From positions 638,114 to 702,113 of the forward strand of contig NW_004797457.1 in the NCBI RefSeq assembly GCF_000002075.1: 64,000 bases of DNA. Reading direction: 5' to 3'. The stretch's first letter is position 1, and each line of letters begins with the position of its first letter. This document shows, one piece after another, positions 11,851 through 24,165 of the stretch. The translations under genes and the position numbers were made by a program. This DNA comes from Aplysia californica (lineage: Eukaryota). Below the pieces are notes generated by a model. The model made no database searches. It was not told the origin of the DNA and worked only from the letters and a program-made list of their open reading frames with translations.

Positions 11851-12524
11851 ATAATTTTTTCTGTAAAAGAAAAATCCACTACACTGATTCCATACCAATG
11901 CAACATAGCGCAGCACAACACCAATGAGCTGGAATCTGTAAGTTATGGCTAAAGACCTCTAGAACATTCACAGACGCTGCATTAAGAAATACAACTAGTA
12001 AAACAGGGGAATTTTTATAGAATCACTCCCGTCTCGCGGCTGCTATCCATGCCGGGTTTTTTTCCAACGTATTTTGGACCAATAAAGGAGGTAAAGACCG
12101 AGGTAAAGATCCGACCCACTGAAGCATTCTCTATTGGTGTCCTCAGCGGCATGGCCAAAAATGAACCGGATTCTAGAGCGACATCCATGTTATGTATCAT
12201 GGTCAAATGCTTGCATGGTGGACCTAGCTAAGCATTATGATGTCAGTGATATCAGTCCATAAACTTACAGCATCATTTCAATTCGAGGCTGTGAAGGAGG
12301 CTACGGCTCTATTAGAAAAGACAGGAGGCATTGTGTTAGGGTCAATTACAGACAATCATAAGATTAATCAGCTTTATTGCAAAATGTTTGAGAAAGAGGA
12401 GGAAAGAAGTGCTTCAGCCAAGCATCCACTCGATGCCAATCGTTCATGGTATTTGTTGTTCGATACTGTCCACTTGTTAAAATGCATTCGAAACAATTGG
12501 ATTACAGAAAAATCGCAGAGTTGT

Positions 12525-15338
12525 TCGTAGTTGTTCCATGGTGAAATCTTGATTCTCGACTCAAGGTCAGGCAGATTGTGACTCATGAGACAGGCCTTCC
12601 TTGTCACTGTACATGGTAGCATACTCTGATTATAAATCTAGATCTAGATGATAAACTTCAGTGTATAAACTTATAATCCTGTAGTTGTTTTTTTGTCACA
12701 TAGATTTATTTAATTAGTTTAGATCTAGTTCTACGATCAAAGTTCAAGTGAAGTTTGAGTTATTTTTTACTTTGCTGTTTTATTATTGATTTGGTTCATA
12801 GAGCGTACTGTGCATAGGCCTAGACCTACTTAAATCTAATAGGCATGTTCAGACCTGATACATTATCTTTACTTTGATTTAACTCCTCAGACTAACAATT
12901 ATTATTTTTTAGCAATTAGATTTCATGTTTGTCCTTTTTATTTTCCAGAGCCTTCTACGAGCACTCCGTCTCCACCTGAGGATGAACCTATGTTGGATCA
13001 AGAGTGGTCGGAGAACTTGGACTGCTATCCATTTGTTCCGCCATTCACCGGTGAGCCTGGCCTCCACATTCCTGATGGTGTTGATACGCCCTACGACTTC
13101 CTGCGGCTCTTCATCACGGACGACATGCTCCTCACACTCAAACGGGAGACTAATCGCTATGCTGCGAAGCAGATTGAGGCCGTGGGAAATGCTGCTGCTC
13201 CTTTTTCGATATATTCTTTGTGGAAGCCAGTCACACTCAACGAGATGAGAGGCTTCTTTGTCATCCTGCTGCACATGAGTTTGCTGGACAAGCCTCGTCT
13301 CTCCGACTACTGGAACACGTCGCCAATCGTCATGTCTCAGTTTGCTGGAAACATTATGGGACGTGATCGTTTCATGCAGATCCTCAGTTTTCTGCACATC
13401 AGCGACGACACAAACTACAGGCCCTATGGTGAACCAGGTCACCATCCCCTTGCCAAGCTAGAGCCTGTGTACAGCACCCTGCGGGCCACGTTCCAGTCGC
13501 TGTACACGCCTGAACGTAAAGTCTCCATTGATGAGGCTGTCTGTCCATGGAGGGGACGCCTGAGATTTAGGGTGTATATGAAGGATAAGCCTCACAAATG
13601 GGGCATCAAGCTTTATGAGGTTTGTGAATCGTCCTCGGGTTATGTTTATGACTTTGAGGTTTACGCTGGTATTCCTGGTTTGAGCAATCGCCCCGTTGAT
13701 GTTTGCAAGCGCCTGATGACTCCGTTACTCCACAAAGGCTACGTTCTTTTCACGGACAATTACTACACCTGTCCAGAACTAGTCGACGACCTCGCTGCCG
13801 ATGACACAATGTGTGTTGGAACTGTTCGTGCCAACAGGGTTGGAATGCCGAAGGATCTTGTGAACATGAACCTGGCCACCGGCGAAGTATCTTTTCGACG
13901 GCGCCAGCAGGTGGTGGCACTGAAGTGGCAAGACAAAAAGCCCGTCCACTTGCTCACTACAGTGCATGATCCTCGGCGGTATGTGACTGTGACTACACGG
14001 ACCACGACAAAGGACAAACCTGAGGCCATTCAGGACTATGTCCTGAACATGTCAGGTGTTGACAGGTCAGACCAGCTCATGGCCTACAATCCTTTCCGCC
14101 GAAGGTCAGTGAAGTGGTGGAAGAAGCTCTTTTTCCACCTTTTTACTATGTGCTCTGTGCAGGCCCAAATCCTACACAACAAGTCTATGAGGGCTAGGCA
14201 GGGCAAGACCATGAACTTGGTGGAATTCCTTATTAGTGCTGGGAACGCGATGAGCCGAGGACTATGTTGCAAAGCGCTCCAAGATCGTGCGCAACCCAAC
14301 AACGGTGCACAGGCCGAAACAGTGTCCATCAACCGGCTGACAGCGCAGCATTTTCCAAAGTGGCTTCCACCTACCCCGCAGAAAGAACACCATTTAGGGT
14401 TTGCTTTGTATGTTCGGCACGGAAGAGGAAAGCTGGACAACCTCTTGGAGCAGCACCAACCAATCGCCAGCGCAAGGAAACACAGTTCTGGTGTGAGCCT
14501 TGTGGGAAAGCTCTGTGTCCTGCACCATGTTTTGAGATCTTTCATACTAAAAAGGATTACCTGTTATGACAAAGTAGGACTGTTTATTTTTTACTTTCAT
14601 CTTTTCCTTTGCCTTGATTTCTCTTGCTAGTTTACATCAGCATGATGATGGCATTTGTTGTCAACACTAACAAAACCTAACATTCTTTCTTCCATGTTCA
14701 TCTATATCTTCTGTTCAGTGGAACCCGTTCCTTATATTGTTGAAAATAATAACAACACAAATAACACATTCTGTTGTAAAAAAGTGTAACAAATTTTTGT
14801 CTTTTGATGTAATTACTCTACTGTTTGGCCTAGTTTTTATTCTGAGAACGAGCCTGAACAACATTTTTTTTTGCCATGAAAGACACACTTCTTTTATATG
14901 TGTTGTGTCAGGTGTTGCCTTACCCGCTCATTTGTTTTGATTACACAATTATTTTGGGCTTCTATTACAATAATAAGATAGCACAACTCAGTTTCACACA
15001 TCAGTCATCATCACTCACACTACAGAACATAAAATATTCTCTTTATTACATTGTGTTGTGCCTGTGAAGATGGAATTCTTTTGACAAGGTGAGTTTCATT
15101 TTGTTTACTTTTTGACTCTGTATATAGACCTTTTTCCATGGAGTATTACATAAAAAACTATGGCATATTTTGCATTGAAATTTACAGAGCACACAAATAG
15201 AGGTTTGAACAACATATGCACCAAATTTGGGTATGATTTGTTAAAATTTAGTAATTTTTTCAATTTTTCAAAAAGTGGTAAAAATCTCAAGGGAGAGCTG
15301 ACAACCCGGAAGTGTAGGCCTAGGGTTGAGTGAGTTAA
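12525..15338 (+). mobile_element. piggyBac transposon, left end missing
   Basis: Right end ...gggttgagtgag|TTAA at 15335-15338, after which the P transposase resumes. No matching TTAA-CTCACTC left end found. Confidence 0.75.
12949..14569 (+). pseudogene. piggyBac transposase (PGBD4-like) with one frameshift before the Cys-rich domain
   Basis: ORF 12990-14630 has the intact DDD triad (SIDEAV, FTDNYY, GVDRSDQ) and KPHKWGIK. The Cys-rich tail (RVCFVC...FWCEPCGKALCPAPCFEIFH, stop 14569) is in another frame after ~14390. In-frame splice acceptor at 12948. Confidence 0.9.
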
Positions 15339-16978
15339 AAATCTTTATGAATTAGAAAAAAAAACAGTATCCTTAAAACCACGCGACTTAGATGCCTCTG
15401 AACTACAACTTCAAAATGTGCAACATGTATTAAGAATTTTCCATGAAAAGGTTATTGCTGGGCTGGCACTGCAAGGGTGTTATGCCACTGCAGAGTTCAT
15501 TCAGTTTGTTCTAAACTGGTGGAATACTGTAAATGTATCTGCCAAGGGACAGGACATTCGTACAAAGGACCCACACAGAGCTGCTCTGGGGTTATCGTCT
15601 GATAGTCTGGACACGTATGCCAAGAAGTTTGAAGAAGCAATTTCAGGACAGGGAGTGTCTCCAAAGGAATGCCTCACCCACGACACCAAGAAAGCTCTGG
15701 TACAAACCATGCGTGGACTCAGTGCCGTGACAAAACAATTATTGTCATCAGGATTTCAATATTATGTGCTGCTGTGTGAAATACAGAGCGATCCCATTGA
15801 AGGTGAATTTTCCGTTTACAGGCAGTCCACCAGGGCCAACGCGTTCATGACAGCAGGAGATGTTATCTCGGCATGCAAGAAGCGCTTCGCAAGGCATGCA
15901 GCATCTTTTCTCGAGAGTATTGATGTCACAGCAGATGATTCCCCATCAACCTGTGACAAACATCTGTGTTGTGGGCCTTTGGTTATTGCTGATGGAGAAG
16001 CCATTGAGAGCAGCATCTCAGATGTTACTCTGACAGCCAACGAAGAAAGCTGCTGTGCCTAGGTAGCAGGATGGCTGGAGAGAAAATGTATTGATCACAT
16101 CACCTTTTTTGCTATGATGAGCCATTCGTCTCCACAGAAGTGAAGAACTTTTTAGAGGAAGTATCCAAAGGCTCCCTTAACACCCCCCATATGTCTACAT
16201 ATGAACTGACTAGGATTGGACTTTCCTTCGTAAAGAAAGCAAAAAATAGAGTTTGTTGTCGTCAGAGACTTGTTGGAATTCTATCAACCATGGGGGAATT
16301 TAACAACTTTGACTGACAGTCCAAGAAACTGCTCCGTCATCTCACAAATGTATTACTCCGTGGTCTGCATAATCTAGAGAAGGATCACCAAAAGAATGCA
16401 GCCCTGCTACCGACATCCATCAAGAAGGCACGTATGGTGGATTGACTTGGTGAGTATGCCTTATTCTTGTTGTATTTGTTAACATTTTTTAATGCTTTTC
16501 ATATTAATATTTCTGCATGACATAACAAAAATATAGAAATAACATGTACTACTATGCTACAATATTGCATTCAACAACATTACAACCTGTTTTAGCTTTC
16601 TCACACTTAATATAAAATGTATCTTGAGCATAGTGATAAGTAGGACATGTCTATATGATGGCCTTCGCCAGCCAAGTCAGGAATCCGACGGTGCACGTCC
16701 TTGAGTATAGTAGTCCTTGCCCTTAAGTTATTTACATTTAAATACTGACCTCTGTCATGTATCAATCAACACATTTTGCCGTGTTTACCGTCATTTTGCC
16801 GTGTTTGCGCATGCGCAAAGAAACAACCTCCAAACGCATGCCGTGTTTCCGCATGCCCATTTATTCCGCCACTGATTTTGAACGAGACAACACAAGTTCA
16901 GTGTGTTTCTTGCATTCGACAAGGTGTCAAAAGGCCACATGCAGTTCCTGCTACTCTCAACTATTACAAAACCTTGCC

Positions 16979-17900
16979 ATGTTTTACAAAAACTATGACA
17001 GTGCTATAGCATTTCTCTGAGTTCACGGTGTTCTACCAAAGGAAGCTGTGTGCCGTAAGTGCCAGCACCAAGGCACTTTTAGGGAAAAAGACCACATTTG
17101 GAGGTGCAGGGTAAGTGTAATCATTCCAAAGACTAAAAAGAGGAGGTAGGCCTACTGTGACTGCAGTGTTTCGCATTACAAAGGGAGTTTTCAGCCTTCA
17201 TGTCACTTCGCTCCCTAGAAAGTAGTGCTTTTTGCTAATCCCCTCTCAAGCCACAGCTGGGATCACAAGACTTTGTACAAGTGTCTGGGTCTGTCACTGA
17301 ACACGACAGGGGACTGGCGCTCGCTTTGTTGTGAGATGACAAAGGAGTAGTTTTCTACGCAGGAGGCAATAAATGGACCGGGTGTGGTGGTGGAAGTGGA
17401 TGAGACTCTGATAGTTTGTAGGAAATACGAGAGGAGCCGTGTGCTCAACCAAGTATGGTTGTTTCGAGGGATAGAGCGCACCGCCAAGTGACAGTTTGTC
17501 ATCCCCCTTATATACCAGAAACGTTGGTGAGAGGAGGGACAGGGCTACCCTTGTACCGCTCATAAACCAATTCATTCTCCCAGGGAGCGTTATATATTCT
17601 GACACTTGGGGGGGGGGGGGGCATATTATTCCCTCGGAGAACCCGGCTACAAACACCAGGTGATTAATCACTCAGAGAGTTTTGTGGACCAAGACAATCC
17701 ACAGATCAAAACACAAAATGTTGAGAAACTGTGAAGGAATATTTAGGAGAGGGTGAAGAAGCCAGGTATTTGCACCCAGTACCCCACGAGGTACCTGTAT
17801 GTCACATCCACTCCCGAAAGTCAGCTCCTTCATCACTTTTTTTTGTGGAGGCAGGGAAGCTGTATCCTCCCTCCTCCTCCCCCCCCCCCTTCCAGAAGTG
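16979..17900 (+). pseudogene. Merlin/IS1595-family transposase remnant
   Basis: N-terminal VCRKC...HIWRC; core GPGVVVEVDETLIVCRKYERSR...WLFRGIER...RDRATLVPLINQFILPGSVIYSDTW...HQVINHSESFVD...TQNVEKL; stops and frameshifts. Confidence 0.9.
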
Positions 17901-18269
17901 TTGTCAGATGACGAATAAGGTCAGGGGGGGGGGGGTTTGTTAAGGCTTTTAGGCTTTTCTGTTTGTTTATGCATGCTTCTATAGTCTTAAGGGGGGGTCG
18001 ATGAGCAATTACGGGGGGGAGGGGGGGGGGGTCCATTTGTGACATTATTTAATGCCAAAATCATGTTCAGGGCCTTTAAAAAAAACAACTAAAAAACTAC
18101 AAAATAACACCCTTTATGAGACAGGAGTGATTCTATAAAATTACCGAAAAAAGAGCCAGGATATCAGCAAAATATTAGAGAAACCATGATTATTCATAGT
18201 TTCAAAGCTTATGTTTCAGTATTCCTTTCACTAGCATTAATTTTAATTAAGAAAGTCGCAACTGGAATG

Positions 18270-18703
18270 TAAGGCATCATGGTGAAATCAGGCGATTGTC
18301 AAAATAACGTTCAAAGAAACCGGCATTTTTCTGGCCACTGGGCAATTTTCATAAAATTTTCTTTTTTTTTTTGCTCAACACCTTTTGTCCACTTAAAAAA
18401 CACCTTTCTGTGCGGATTTTATTGAAAAACATTAATTAATGGCACTAAAAAGGTAAATTTGCACTTTCTAAGGACTCTCAAGCTTTGGAAGTCGCCATAC
18501 TTTGGCAGCCATTTTCTCGTCAGTTTTACCTCTAAATCCAGGTGACCCCCCACCCCCATCAATCGTAAATATCTCGACTTCTACTCAAGGTAGATGGGTA
18601 GGGGGTTTTCATCGAAAGCAAGACAAATGAACAAGCTTTAAGATTATGCCAATAACTCCTCATGCCCAAAAATTGACAAGCACCTGATTCCAACGCATCC
18701 TTA
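18270..18703. mobile_element. MITE with imperfect ~30-bp TIRs
   Basis: taaggcatcatggtgaaatcaggcgattgtcaa versus ttgacaagcacctgattccaacgcatcctta; non-coding interior. Confidence 0.6.
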
Positions 18704-21142
18704 CAAAAATGAATCTAACAACTTGAAAATTTCACACACATCATAGCCACAACACAACTGCCACTCAAACATGTCCCTGGCCCTTTTCCATGTTCAGATT
18801 ACAGATTCAAGAACTAATTACAATAGCTTAACGGAGAACATTTCAGTCCTTCAAAAAAAAAAGGGCGAAGAGAAATACATTTTTGCTGTGTATCTCCATT
18901 CAGGTGGTGAGATGAGGAGATGCAATCTTCCCCCCTTTCCCAAGCACCAATAGAAAGACCCATAATCACACAAAAACATTAGAATAAGAGAACACTTGTG
19001 GGCTGAGAGGTTCTCGTGGTTGTCATCGGTAACAGTGCACCAGCAGGTGAGAAAGAATGGGTAAAAACCTATGTGTTTAAAACGCCCACTTAATTAAGCA
19101 CAATGCAGTTTCGTAAACTAAATCAAAACAGGAGTATCGATATAGAGGTATAGACGTTTTCACACCCCCATCAACCCAATTTAGACTATATAGGAAGCTG
19201 GTTTCAACCCTGCCTGTCAGAACCAACCGGAGTAGAAAGGAATACAACATCCTAGCAGAAAGACAGAGATATGGTACTCAATAAAAAATTCTCCCCACTT
19301 GGGAATCAAACTCAGGTCTCCTATGCACAAAGTTGAAGCACATCATCGCTAAACAAGACGTCGGTTGAATAACAATGACCTCTCAATGAGTAGAGACATA
19401 CAGTCTGGATATTCAAGATTACAGTTCCCCAAAGTGAAAAAGAAGTAAATAAAAATAAAAAGAAGTTCTTCATTAAGTTTGATGACAAAAGGACTTGAGC
19501 ACTCCAAGATTTCAAATATGATATTTCAAGTCAATCCTGGAACCTAAGGCTGGTGAACAGAGGACACCTACATAAATAACGACTAGTGCAGCTAAGGTCA
19601 ACTAAAATAACATTTCAAAAAACATAAAAATTCACGACAACAAGTACAAACTGAACGGAATCATCATTCTTACTAATAATACAGATATTATTCAACTCAT
19701 CTTGTACTAACCAATCCCTCCCCCCCCCCCTCCCCCTCTCTAAATTTGAAACTTCACATCAAACATTTTTTTCTTTACTAAATATTGTTTTGACATGCTC
19801 TATTTTTACCTTACTTAATCCCCTTTAAAAAAAAATATATTAAAAAAATATTTTGAACTGAGGTTTCATTTGCCTAATTAAGAGCCTGCTCACTTTAGAA
19901 AGTGAAATGACTTCATTAACACACTAATCACTAAGACAAAACTAAACCAAGCACTCCCTGGTTCACAAAAACACAAAAGCTAAAAAATCATTTACACAGC
20001 ATTACAGCATCAACACATCAAATTATATCATAGCAGTGCTTAATTTCTTGACTTGCAAAGGAAAAGAACATTTTCCATCGTAATAATAATAATAAAGGAG
20101 AACCATGATCTGCGATGTCTGTCACAGATGTGGCACATAATGATGATAACAATGAATACCCATGGTGCAGAGTAGCCTATTTTCATTGCCACCAAACAGA
20201 TCTAACTTTGACGATAACACTTGACCACCAACCTTGCCTGATTACGGCCTGGTAGTTCTTTTTCCAATTCCAGCTGCTCTAGCATGGAGACAATCAACCA
20301 AACCCCCTTCCTCTTCCCCATAACAACAACTGTACCCCGGCCATCTTCTTTCATGTCCCCTGCCATCAACATACAGAAAAAATATGAAACAAAAGCAAAA
20401 TATTGTCTCAAACTCACAGTGGATAAAAAGGGAGGGGCAGTCAAAACTCTGATTAAAGCAGGTACAGCAGATGACATTGTTCAAAAGAAAGTGATGTACC
20501 GTGTTTCATTTTGACAGTGAAGAGTCAGACTTGCTATGGATCCACTCCACACATCTGACACAGATGAGTGACCCAGAAGTTCCTCTTGATCAACTGGAAA
20601 AACAGAAGGGCAGCAACGTATTATCTGAAATTACAGTACACCTCCGTTTATCCTGTAATGGTCAAGATGACAAGCCCAATCACAATTCTCCTAGCTATAA
20701 AATGCAGGTGTTTTATACCCCCATTGACATAATTTACATCATTTAAGAGGCGGACTTCAACCCTGCCTGTTAAAGAAAACCAAGGCTGTAAGGGATACAA
20801 CGTCCACCAGACAGACCAAAATACTCGATAAAAATTATCTCCCCACAAGAATCAAACTTGTTTTTCCTCATGCAATGGTGAAGCACCTAACCTCTGCACA
20901 ACTGACACCGATATGTCTGGGGACAAGCCATAGCCAGAAGTCAGAAATGTAAGCAAAGATCAGTCCCTGAGACGAGCAGCGAACCATTAACTCTGAATTT
21001 GAACAGTAAAGGCTAATGACGGGACTCACATTCTAGTACCCATACACAGGAGTTCCATTAGATTTCTGCAGGTTTCTAATCAATGTCTGGAAAAGAAGCT
21101 GTCATCAGAAGCCAAAGATGTCACAAACACATTCAAACACTT

Positions 21143-22018
21143 TTACGCTTCTTCCATGTCCTCTCCAACACCAAGTTCTGAAGTATCCACACTGTCATGC
21201 AGCACTACATACTCTCGAGTGCTGAAACCAAATTTTATCACATCTTTCTCTTTCAGTTCGTAATATCGTTTGGCTTCTATCTTTTCTCCATTGACATAAG
21301 TGCCGTTTGCCGACTCAAGGTCTATGATGTATGGCCTGACTCTACGACCTGACGAGCCATCAGGTCTGGTGTACGGCATGGCTCGAAACTGAAGAGCAGC
21401 TTGCTGCTTGGAACAAGACGGGTGGTCTACAGGAATGTCCGCTATTCGACGGTCACGACCGAGCAAGAACGCACTTTGCCTATGAATGTGCAGGACTGGC
21501 AATGATGTCTCTCCCTTAAAAGGGTACAGTCGCCACTTACGTTTCGGCATCATAGCCTCTGGTGGTTCATTGTACTTGATGACTACTCCCCTAAAGGTGT
21601 TTGTATCCTCTGTCAGCTTGCCAGAAAGTTCAAAGTTCGGTTTCTGTTTCTCCTCTTCTGTTTTGTCCTCCTCCCCTTCCTCTGTTTTCACTTTTGTCTC
21701 TGTATTCATTCCGAAATCTCCACCCTGGCGGTCTCTGTCCCTCCGGTTCTCCCTCCGCTGGTGGTCATGCTGAGATCTTTCCCTCTGCTGTTGACTGAAA
21801 TTCTCCTCGTCCTTCTCTTGTTTAATTTTCCTGTCCGGGTCGTAATCTCTATCTCTGTGGTGGTGCTGCTTTTTATGACGCCGGGATCGTCTGTCGTCTT
21901 CCTCATCGCTGGAGTTGTGTCTGCCAGACTTCTCTTTCTCGTGGTGATGTTTGTGGTGCTTTTTACTCCGACTTTCATTGTCAGATGGACTTGCCCCCCG
22001 GTGACGTTTGTGGTGTTT
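21143..22018 (-). CDS. SNIP1: Smad nuclear-interacting protein 1 (FHA domain; RES complex Pml1 homolog), main coding exon
   Basis: KPNFELSGKLTEDTNTFRGVVIKYNEPPEA...KRKWRLYPFKG...HRQSAFLLGRDR...DHPSCSKQ...PYIIDLESANGTYVN...FGFSTREYVVL; acceptor ttttctgttgccag immediately upstream (phase 0). Confidence 0.95.
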   Translation of the reverse strand, partial: KHHKRHRGASPSDNESRSKKHHKHHHEKEKSGRHNSSDEEDDRRSRRHKKQHHHRDRDYDPDRKIKQEKDEENFSQQQRERSQHDHQRRENRRDRDRQGGDFGMNTETKVKTEEGEEDKTEEEKQKPNFELSGKLTEDTNTFRGVVIKYNEPPEAMMPKRKWRLYPFKGETSLPVLHIHRQSAFLLGRDRRIADIPVDHPSCSKQQAALQFRAMPYTRPDGSSGRRVRPYIIDLESANGTYVNGEKIEAKRYYELKEKDVIKFGFSTREYVVLHDSVDTSELGVGEDMEEA

Positions 22019-23019
22019 CTGGCAACAGAAAAAAAAAGTGGTATTCATTTAGAAACGTTAGGTAAAGAGATCTAAAAAAAAAAAAAAGATTTTTGAAAAA
22101 AAAAGTTTCACAGATTTATTTTGATAGCTTTTTTTTTCAATATTTTAAATACAGGGCCCATTTTAGGAAACATAATTGCTGTTTAAAACTAAAATGACAA
22201 TACCAAAAAAACCTTTTCAGTATGATAAGAGGGCCATCCTGTAGCCTGTACAGGAAAATGAACAAAATGAAACTGCACCTCAGATATAAGTGAACTTGTC
22301 TCCTGGCAGCACTACCCTCAGAATCTAGAATGAGAACACTCACTTTGAAGAAATATTTTAAGAACACCTATGTGATACCCCATATCCAAATCCACATTCT
22401 CCAAACATTCACTAAACAGAAGTAAACAATTCAGTGCTGGTCCACTTGGCGTATGCAGTAATGTGGTCTACAATAGGCATGCAAGGGGTTATTTAATACA
22501 CTATCACTCTCACACCCTGATGCATTACTTTCAAGAAATGGGGGGGGGGGGGCAGAAAACATTTTACTATCCTTTTCAAGACCAAATTATTTTTAGTACA
22601 GCCATTGACAGTCCCAAGCCTGTACACACGCAGGGGGAAAATGTAAAGTATTGTGGACTGTAATAGACTAGACTGACTATCAAGTGAAATAGTTGTTAGA
22701 CTATCTGGTGGTAAATTATCAAGAAGAACAGTAAGAAACATCACGATAGGACGTGAAGTACCGAAACTGAAAGTAAGTACGAAGGAAAAGTGTGACCAAA
22801 TATCCAAGTTCTTGCAAGCATCTGCCAGTCCTTGTAAGACAATTATATTAGAAAGTTCTGTGCCTGCCTTGCTCTGGCCTAAATTAGCTAAAATATGTGG
22901 TACAGTCAAACCTGCTCTAACAGCCACTTGTCTTGTGAGACAATCACCTGTGTTCAAACGACCATTTCCCACCTCATGTATTTTTTAGTATAAAAAAATG
23001 CTAAATGCGCATTACAATT

Positions 23020-23273
23020 GATCGCTTTTAAGGACAAGCGGGCTATTTTAGATTTCGGGGGTTTTCAGAAATCTTGACCTGCACCATAAGTGGCCATTGC
23101 CCTAACTATAGGAGAAGTTTTGTTTCATTTGTGTGTTTATATGTGTTTAGTTTTATAGAGAAAACTCTCCTTGTCTTTTAAAGAAACTGAACAAGGGGCA
23201 AAAACTTTACCTTCGATTTTCTCAAAACAGCATTTTTCGGGATAGCCCCCTTACTTGTGCTTTAAAAGCGATC
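23020..23273. mobile_element. Sola1-type MITE
   Basis: TIRs GATCGCTTTTAAGGACAAG / CTTGTGCTTTAAAAGCGATC, with AATT TSD on both sides. Second copy at 58872-59123. Confidence 0.8.
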
Positions 23274-23317
23274 AATTCACAAGATAGGCCTATATGAATG
23301 TTTTTATTTTCTAAAAA

Positions 23318-23745
23318 GTGTTTTACGGCGCTCGCAACTGCATAAGGTCATATGGGCACGCGGGACACACCAAACATTTTCAGTTGGTAGGAAATTTAGA
23401 ATTTTGCCCAGGTGGCGGCCGAAGCCTACTATTATCGATTTTGGACCACAAAGGGATCTTTGACATGCGCAACTTGCAAACGGGACCTCCGAAATTTTTC
23501 GTCCTTGTCCGAGAAGACTAGGTGCAGATCTTTCCTACCAGAAGATCAGGGGTGTAGCTGAAAGGCAGTGCTCAGTAAGAAGGAGCCAAGGAGTAGCAGT
23601 AGAAAAGTTGCAGAAAGAGTCAGGAGCCCAGTGGAGGGGGTAAAGAAGGTAAGGGGGTGGGGGAAGAAAGTGGAGACGAAAGAAGACAAAATATTGCAAG
23701 AGAGGAGGAAAAAAGGTGAAAGGAGACATTTTAGAGACGAAATTT
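23318..23745 (-). mobile_element. SINE family B, head missing
   Basis: Colinear with the full-length copy at 54106-54643. Confidence 0.85.
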
Positions 23746-24014
23746 TTTTTTATTTTACATAATAATAATGAATGACACTGTCAGACGGCTACTTTACTCC
23801 AAGACAATGGGTGGCAGTCTTTTGTACTTCCAACATACTGCTACAGGCTAGCATTTTGACTTAGTTATCTTGGACTCCGAAGTCGAGGCCTCCTGAGCCA
23901 AGGCAGAGAAATGAGCTCAAAACGATTCTGTTGCCAGCTGGTTTTTCACTGGAAGAGAATGCTCTTGACTTGGCCTTTGCTAGAGGATTAAGCCAAATCT
24001 TCTAGTGTGTCTTG

Positions 24015-24165
24015 TTTGTTTTAAATAGTAAGAGTTTTACAGCACTTCCAATACAATAAGGTCATATAAGTGCCAAAGATTAGACGTATTACAAGAGAGT
24101 AACAAACACAAAAAAGAAGGAAGGGAGATAAAGATGTTTGATAAGAAGCAAACCAAACCAGAGTT
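24015..24165 (-). mobile_element. Short retroposon family A
   Basis: gttttacagcacttccaatacaataaggtcatataagtgcc...gttactctc-type body. Confidence 0.7.

Larger units (their letters stand above)
12100..16719 (+). mobile_element. P-element/THAP9-like transposon, 5'-truncated and split by a piggyBac
   Basis: 5' part (12100-12520): EVKIRP...ITDNHKIN...FDTVHLLKCIRNNW. 3' part (15335-16445): VKNLYELEK...LQNVQHVLRIF...QSDPIEGEFSVYRQ. Candidate right terminus gtatagtagtccttg at 16719. Confidence 0.85.
12007..18145 (+). mobile_element. Merlin (IS1595-like) DNA transposon containing nested P-element and piggyBac
   Basis: TIRs GGGAATTTTTATAGAATCACTCCCGTCTC (12007-12035) and GAGACAGGAGTGATTCTATAAAATTACC (18118-18145); degenerate 8-bp TSD TAAAACAG/GAAAAAAG; Merlin transposase remnant inside. 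Confidence 0.8.

Noticed and set aside
14390-14630. Hydrophobic C-terminus of the 546-aa ORF as a novel membrane-anchored transposase
   Set aside because: Out-of-frame read-through after a frameshift; the canonical Cys-rich tail is in the overlapping frame ending at 14569.
12990-14630. Domesticated PGBD host gene
   Set aside because: It sits inside other transposons with a TTAA-bounded right end and a frameshift; no evidence of domestication is visible here.
21486-22075. Plus-strand ORFs overlapping SNIP1
   Set aside because: Antisense shadows of a low-complexity coding exon.
23318-23521. Family of similar small ORFs (MFYGARNCIRSY..., also 39192 and 39464)
   Set aside because: Chance translations of SINE family B; the starts are non-ATG and frames are not conserved between copies.
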